Of a stretch of DNA of 64,000 nt, positions 61,316-64,000 are shown in pieces. The notes under the pieces were generated by a model that saw only the letters and a program-made list of their open reading frames with translations, was not told the origin of the DNA and made no database searches. A program made the translations under genes and the position numbers. How positions within the stretch are numbered: the first letter of the stretch is position 1; every line of letters begins with the position of its first letter. The stretch comes from Syntrophales bacterium (GTDB lineage: Bacteria; Desulfobacterota; Syntrophia; Syntrophales; UBA6807): contig JAXGPA010000001.1 in assembly GCA_040767195.1 (NCBI GenBank), positions 352,001 through 416,000 of the forward strand, read 5' to 3'.

Positions 61316-62254
61316 TCAGCACCTTTCCAGGACCCGGAGACGGGCGCTCCGGGCCCGGGGGTTCGCCTGAATCTCCCTTTCCCCGGGAAACACGGGTCGC
61401 CGGGTGAGGACGATGCCCATTCTCTTTCTTCCGCAGACACAGCGGGGGAAATCGGGAGGACACACACAGGGGTTTTCCAGCCTGCGGAAGGTTCCCTTGA
61501 CCAGCCGGTCTTCCAGGGAGTGAAAGGAGATGACGAGAAAACGGCCTCCCTGGTTCAGAAGATGGATTCCATCGTCGAGAGCCCTCTGAAGGCTCTCCAG
61601 TTCCCGGTTCACGGCGATCCGCAGGGCCTGAAAGGTCTTCGTGGCGGGGTGTGTCCTCCCGCCTCTTCGGCGGGGTGAAACGGCCCCGGCGACGATGTCC
61701 GCCAGGTCGGCCGTCGTCTCGATGGGGGCCTGCTCCCGCCGTGCAGCGATGGCCCGCGCGATGGCGGACGCTTCCTTCTCTTCCCCGTACGCCCTGAGAA
61801 GTTTTTTGAGTGCCTTCACGTCCAGTTCCCGGATAAGATCGACAGCCCTTTCTCCCTCCCCCGGGGCCATGCGCATGTCCAGGGGGCCGTTCCCTGAAAA
61901 ACCGAACCCCCGGTCGGGCGTGTCGAGCTGGTGAGACGAGACGCCTAAATCGAGAAGGATGCTGTCCACATTCCCGACGCCCTGCCGGGAAAGAATATCG
62001 GCGATCCGTGAAAAATTTCCCTGGACCAGGACAACCCGGCTTTCATAATCCCGAAGACTGCGACGCGACGCCTGAAGCGCGTCCTCATCCAGGTCGATTC
62101 CGATGAGCCGGTTCCCCGGGCCTGTCGCTTCCAGAATCCGCCGGGCATGGCCCCCTCCCCCGACCGTCCCGTCCACGTGTATCGCCTTTTCCTTCCGGGG
62201 CAGGTACGCGAGAACCTCTTCCACGAGAACGGGCTCATGAAAGAACGCCCCCAT
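61316..62254 (-). CDS. rsmH: 16S rRNA m4C1402 methyltransferase
   Basis: HEPVL, GGGGH, DLGVSSHQLD, FHSLEDR, NPRARSA; ATG 62254. Confidence 0.98.
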   Translation of the reverse strand: MGAFFHEPVLVEEVLAYLPRKEKAIHVDGTVGGGGHARRILEATGPGNRLIGIDLDEDALQASRRSLRDYESRVVLVQGNFSRIADILSRQGVGNVDSILLDLGVSSHQLDTPDRGFGFSGNGPLDMRMAPGEGERAVDLIRELDVKALKKLLRAYGEEKEASAIARAIAARREQAPIETTADLADIVAGAVSPRRRGGRTHPATKTFQALRIAVNRELESLQRALDDGIHLLNQGGRFLVISFHSLEDRLVKGTFRRLENPCVCPPDFPRCVCGRKRMGIVLTRRPVFPGEREIQANPRARSARLRVLERC

Positions 62255-62703
62255 CAGATCCCCAGGCGCCTGGCGATTTCGTCGCTCGACTGATCGACCT
62301 TCATGGCCGTCTGGCTCAGGTTCCCCTCGAAAAGGTCCCGGTTCCAGATCTCGATGGTCCGCACCATGCCGGCAAGGACGATGTCCTTTTCCAGGCGGCC
62401 GTGCTTTCGGAGTTCCGGCGGGACAAGAAGCCGCCACTGGGCGTCAAAGGAACAGTCCACCGCCCCGGAGATGAAATACCGTTGGAACTCCCGGGTCTGG
62501 AGATCCACCAGGGAGTGGGACGCCGTCTTCTCCTCGATGTCCTTCCAGACCTCCAGGGGAACCAGGAGGACATACTCCCCCCAGTTCGTCAGAACCACCT
62601 TTCGCCCGTATTTCTCCCGAAACAGTTCGCGGAGCTTGGAAGGAAAGGTGATCCGGCCCTTTTCATCGATGGTGTGATAGTAACGCCCCCGGAAAGCAGA
62701 CAC
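62254..62703 (-). CDS. mraZ: Transcriptional regulator MraZ (probable GTG start 62703)
   Basis: FRG...IDEKGR, D.Q.R, IEIW; head of the dcw cluster. Confidence 0.95.
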   Translation of the reverse strand: MSAFRGRYYHTIDEKGRITFPSKLRELFREKYGRKVVLTNWGEYVLLVPLEVWKDIEEKTASHSLVDLQTREFQRYFISGAVDCSFDAQWRLLVPPELRKHGRLEKDIVLAGMVRTIEIWNRDLFEGNLSQTAMKVDQSSDEIARRLGI

Positions 62704-62713
62704 GGGATTCCCC

Positions 62714-62738
62714 TCCACAATAATCCACTTTGTTCCAC
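62714..62738 (-). promoter_or_regulatory. MraZ-binding (dcw) boxes
   Basis: Three GTGGA direct repeats with 10-nt period immediately upstream of mraZ. Confidence 0.8.
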
Positions 62739-62747
62739 TTAAGAGGG

Positions 62748-62777
62748 ACTATAAAAGGGAAAAGAGGGCTTTGTCAA
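62748..62777 (-). promoter_or_regulatory. Pmra sigma70 promoter
   Basis: TTGACA-N18-TATAGT on the minus strand. Confidence 0.7.
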
Positions 62778-62788
62778 GGAAAAATGTG

Positions 62789-63835
62789 CTATTTTTCTTT
62801 TCGAATCTGATATTTTATGACCGCTTCCCGGTGGTGGGACAAAGTGGTGGAAAAATGATGGGACCCGTCATTCCGGGCCACGAAATAGAGATAGGAAACC
62901 GGCGCGGGACGAAGAGCCGCCTCGATGGACGCCTCGCCGGGGTTGCAGATCGGCCCCGGGGGAAGGCCCTCGTGGACATAGGTGTTGTAAGGCATGTTCT
63001 GCCGGAGGTGGGATTTCTTGAGATTCCCGTCAAAATCCGTGAGGCCGTAGATGACCGTGGGATCGCTCTGAAGCCTCATGCCCCGCTTCAGGCGGTTGTG
63101 AAAGACCGCCGAGATGAGGGGTTTTTCCTCGGGGAGACTGGCCTCCTTCTCGATCATGGATGCCATGACGATGATTTCCTCAAAGGTGAGGCCCCTTTTT
63201 TCCGCTTCCTTGTCCCATTCGGGGCGCTGTCTTTTTCGAAACTCCCGGACCATGTAGCGGATGATCTCCTCTTCACCCATGGACCGGGTGAAAATGTACG
63301 TTTCGGGATAGAGGTAACCCTCAACGCTCCCGCCCTGAATGCCGAGGTCCTCGAGCAACACCGGATCCCGGCAGCGGGCGATGAATGTTTCATAATCCAC
63401 GAGACCCCACTGGGAAAGGCGCTCGGCTATCTGCCGGACCGTGAAACCCTCGGGAAAGGGCATCCGGTATCCCTTGATCTCCCCGCGAAGAAGCTTTGTC
63501 AGGAGGGCATCAGGGGAATCGCCCATGGAAATTTCGTATTCCCCCGCCCTGATGTGATTGGGGGCATTCCGAAAACGGGCCAGGACGTGAAAGAGGAAAT
63601 TTTTCTTCACAAGCCCTTTTTCCCGGAGAACCGTCACGGCGTCCCTGAAATGGGTGCCCCGGGGGATCTCGAAGACCACGGGCGACGCTCCCCCCTGGGG
63701 ATCGATGGGGCTTCGCCCGTAATCGAGCAGGACCGAATGGGCTGTCGCGACAAGGGACAGGGCCGCCATGAGGAGAAATAAAGCCACCATGACCCTCGGC
63801 AGGCCGGGACGGGAAGGTCCGGGACGGTCAGCCAT
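62789..63835 (-). CDS. mltG: Endolytic transglycosylase MltG
   Basis: EGYLYPETY, ASMIEKE, NRL...LQSDPT, YNTY..GLPPGPI. Confidence 0.96.
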   Translation of the reverse strand: MADRPGPSRPGLPRVMVALFLLMAALSLVATAHSVLLDYGRSPIDPQGGASPVVFEIPRGTHFRDAVTVLREKGLVKKNFLFHVLARFRNAPNHIRAGEYEISMGDSPDALLTKLLRGEIKGYRMPFPEGFTVRQIAERLSQWGLVDYETFIARCRDPVLLEDLGIQGGSVEGYLYPETYIFTRSMGEEEIIRYMVREFRKRQRPEWDKEAEKRGLTFEEIIVMASMIEKEASLPEEKPLISAVFHNRLKRGMRLQSDPTVIYGLTDFDGNLKKSHLRQNMPYNTYVHEGLPPGPICNPGEASIEAALRPAPVSYLYFVARNDGSHHFSTTLSHHREAVIKYQIRKEK

Positions 63836-64000
63836 GACGAACCCTCCCGGGATGGTCGAGATAGCCCTGGAGAATCAGGGCCGCCGCCGTCCGGTCCACC
63901 ATCTTCCGCCTCTTTTTTCTGCCGATCCCGCCCTGCCGTAGGGTGTCCTCCGCTTCCTTCGTCGACAGGGTCTCGTCCCAGGGAACGACGGGAACGGAAA
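63828..64000 (-). CDS. ruvX: YqgF/RuvX family nuclease (3' part only)
   Basis: Manual translation: ...VPWDETLSTKEAE...VDRTAAALILQGYLD...*; usual neighbour of mltG. Confidence 0.88.
   Translation of the reverse strand, partial: SVPVVPWDETLSTKEAEDTLRQGGIGRKKRRKMVDRTAAALILQGYLDHPGRVRHG

Overview
GC-rich, gene-dense chromosomal window of an anaerobic deltaproteobacterium. A Syntrophales-like origin is inferred from gene content and order only. Most of the window is housekeeping: the start of the atpF'F-H-A operon, mreBCD-mrdA-rodA, ppiD, rng with a TIGR03960-type radical SAM gene and mdh, purU, a minimal SUF system (SmsCB), hpt, purDHE-tsaC, a CNNM-CNNM-GlmU(N)-ClC-dusB run, and the dcw cluster (mraZ to ftsZ, without ddl) preceded by ruvX-mltG. 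I saw no rRNA, tRNA, CRISPR array, transposase or prophage. The best candidates for something undescribed are five. (1) A DUF6125-like / Glu-less crotonase / divergent MtnA-like gene run at 41.4-43.9 kb. (2) A sigma54-preceded FrhB-family + IorAB operon with non-canonical IorA motifs, next to a perfect 25-bp inverted repeat. (3) A structured ~200-nt leader with an intrinsic terminator in front of the ATP synthase genes. (4) An archaeal-type PurD. (5) A possible two-state RBS switch in the purU leader. All family calls come from motif recognition by eye; no searches were run.
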